Below the pieces are notes generated by a model, which ran no database searches, had not been told where the DNA came from, and worked only from the letters and a program-made list of their open reading frames with translations. A DNA stretch of 63,661 nucleotides, the filler included, from Chiloscyllium plagiosum (taxonomy: Eukaryota): NCBI RefSeq assembly GCF_004010195.1. It is 3 parts of one record of this genome, joined end to end, with 100 filler letters (N's around TTAATTAATTAA, not from the genome) between each part and the next. Parts side by side here need not be neighbours in the genome. Positions count along the whole stretch, not along the records: positions 42,018 to 63,661 come from NC_057710.1; 2 more parts are not named here. One strand, 5' to 3'. How positions within the stretch are numbered: position 1 is the stretch's first letter; the number at the start of each line of letters is the position of its first letter. Below, piece by piece: positions 62,561 through 63,661 of the stretch. The translations under genes were made by a program, and so were the position numbers.

Positions 62561-63661
62561 TTTTTTTTTATTTCAAAAATATACTTTATTCATAAAATAA
62601 TTTGATGGTCTGTACAGTTGGTCATGCCATACATACGTAAACATGTACATACAGAGATCAGAATTTATCATTTTTATACAGGTCTGTACATTTTTCAATC
62701 ATATGCCCATATAATTAGTTGAGGCGTCAGCAGAGCCGAAATGACTGCATGCGCCCCCTGTTCTTCGTTAGGCAGGCAGATGTTACACGGTGGTCTTTCC
62801 CCACCGCGCCTTGGCGGCAGCTGCCCCAAGCTTCAGCGCGTCCCTCAACACGTAGTCCTGGACCTTGGAATGTGCCAGTCTGCAACACTCAGTCGGGGTC
62901 AGCTCCTTCAGCTGGAAGATCAACAGGTTTCGGACCGCCCAGAGAGCGTCCTTCACTGAGTTGATGATCCTCCAGGCACAGTTGATGTTCGTCTCGGTGT
63001 GCGTCCCGGGGAACAGGCTGTGGAGCACAGGGTCTTGCGTCATGGCGCTGCTGGGGACGAACCTCGACAAACACCACTGCATTCCTCTCCAGACTTCCTC
63101 TGCATAGGCACATTCCAGAAGGAGGTGTGTGCAGTCTCGTCCCCCCCGCAGGGCAGCATGCGGTGCGGCTGAGAGTCCGGGCGTGCATAAAGGATCTCAC
63201 AGGCAGAGCCCTTCTCACCACCAGCCAAGCCATGTCTTGGTGCTTGTTGGAAAGTTCTGGCGATGAGGCATTCTGCCAAATGGCTTTGACAGTCTGCTCA
63301 GGGAACCGCTTGATAGGATCCGCCCTCTCCTTTTCCCGAAGGGTCTCAAGGACACTACATGCTGACTACCTCCTGATGGACTTGTGGTCAAAGGTGTTTA
63401 TCTTCATAAACTTCTCCACGAAGGACAGGTGATACAGAACGGTCCAACTACTCGGAGCGTTCAGCGGCAGCGAGGCCAGGCCCATCCTTCGCAAAACCGG
63501 GGACAGGTAGAACCTCAGTACATAGTGACACTTGGTGTTTGCGTACCGGGGATCCACGCACAGCTTGATGCAGCCACACACAAAGATGGCCATCAGGGTG
63601 AGGGTGGCATTGGGTATATTTTTTCCCCCGTTGCCCAGATCTTTATACAGCGAGTCCCTTC
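62561..63661 (-). mobile_element. young Tx1/L1-clade element: ORF2 C-terminus, 3' UTR and poly(A); continues beyond the window
   Basis: AWLVVRRALPVRSFMH, ETAHTSFW, WRIINSVKDALWAVRNLLIF..RWGKTTV*; AATAAA and T-run at 62561; CpG-rich. Confidence 0.88.

Overview
Repeat-dense, CpG-poor vertebrate DNA, almost certainly from a shark or other elasmobranch, inferred from HE1-type V-SINEs with (TCTAA)n tails and matching CR1/HER1-like LINE 3' ends. It looks intronic or intergenic. I see no intact host gene, only one or two candidate small exons. Most of the window is a nested stack of decayed retroelements: many CR1 LINE pieces, a second older Jockey-group LINE family with a partner SINE, two Tx1/L1-type 3' ends, and at least four Penelope-like element (PLE) families whose terminal repeats carry minimal hammerhead-ribozyme motifs. 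It also holds the 3' half of a Gypsy element with a related solo LTR, a Tigger/pogo-like MITE, and the 5' half of an endogenous retrovirus (LTR, tRNA-Ser PBS, gag, pro, RT N-terminus) with class III/SnRV-like RT motifs. Two 100-bp N-TTAATTAATTAA-N blocks are scaffold joins, so adjacency across 16.1 kb and 42.0 kb is not guaranteed. The most interesting items are the ERV and its collinear junction with the Gypsy 3' half, the hammerhead-bearing inverted PLE insertions, and a 126-bp duplication around a 63-bp PLE tail. I found no convincing wholly new system. Family assignments come from motif recognition only, and many boundaries are approximate.
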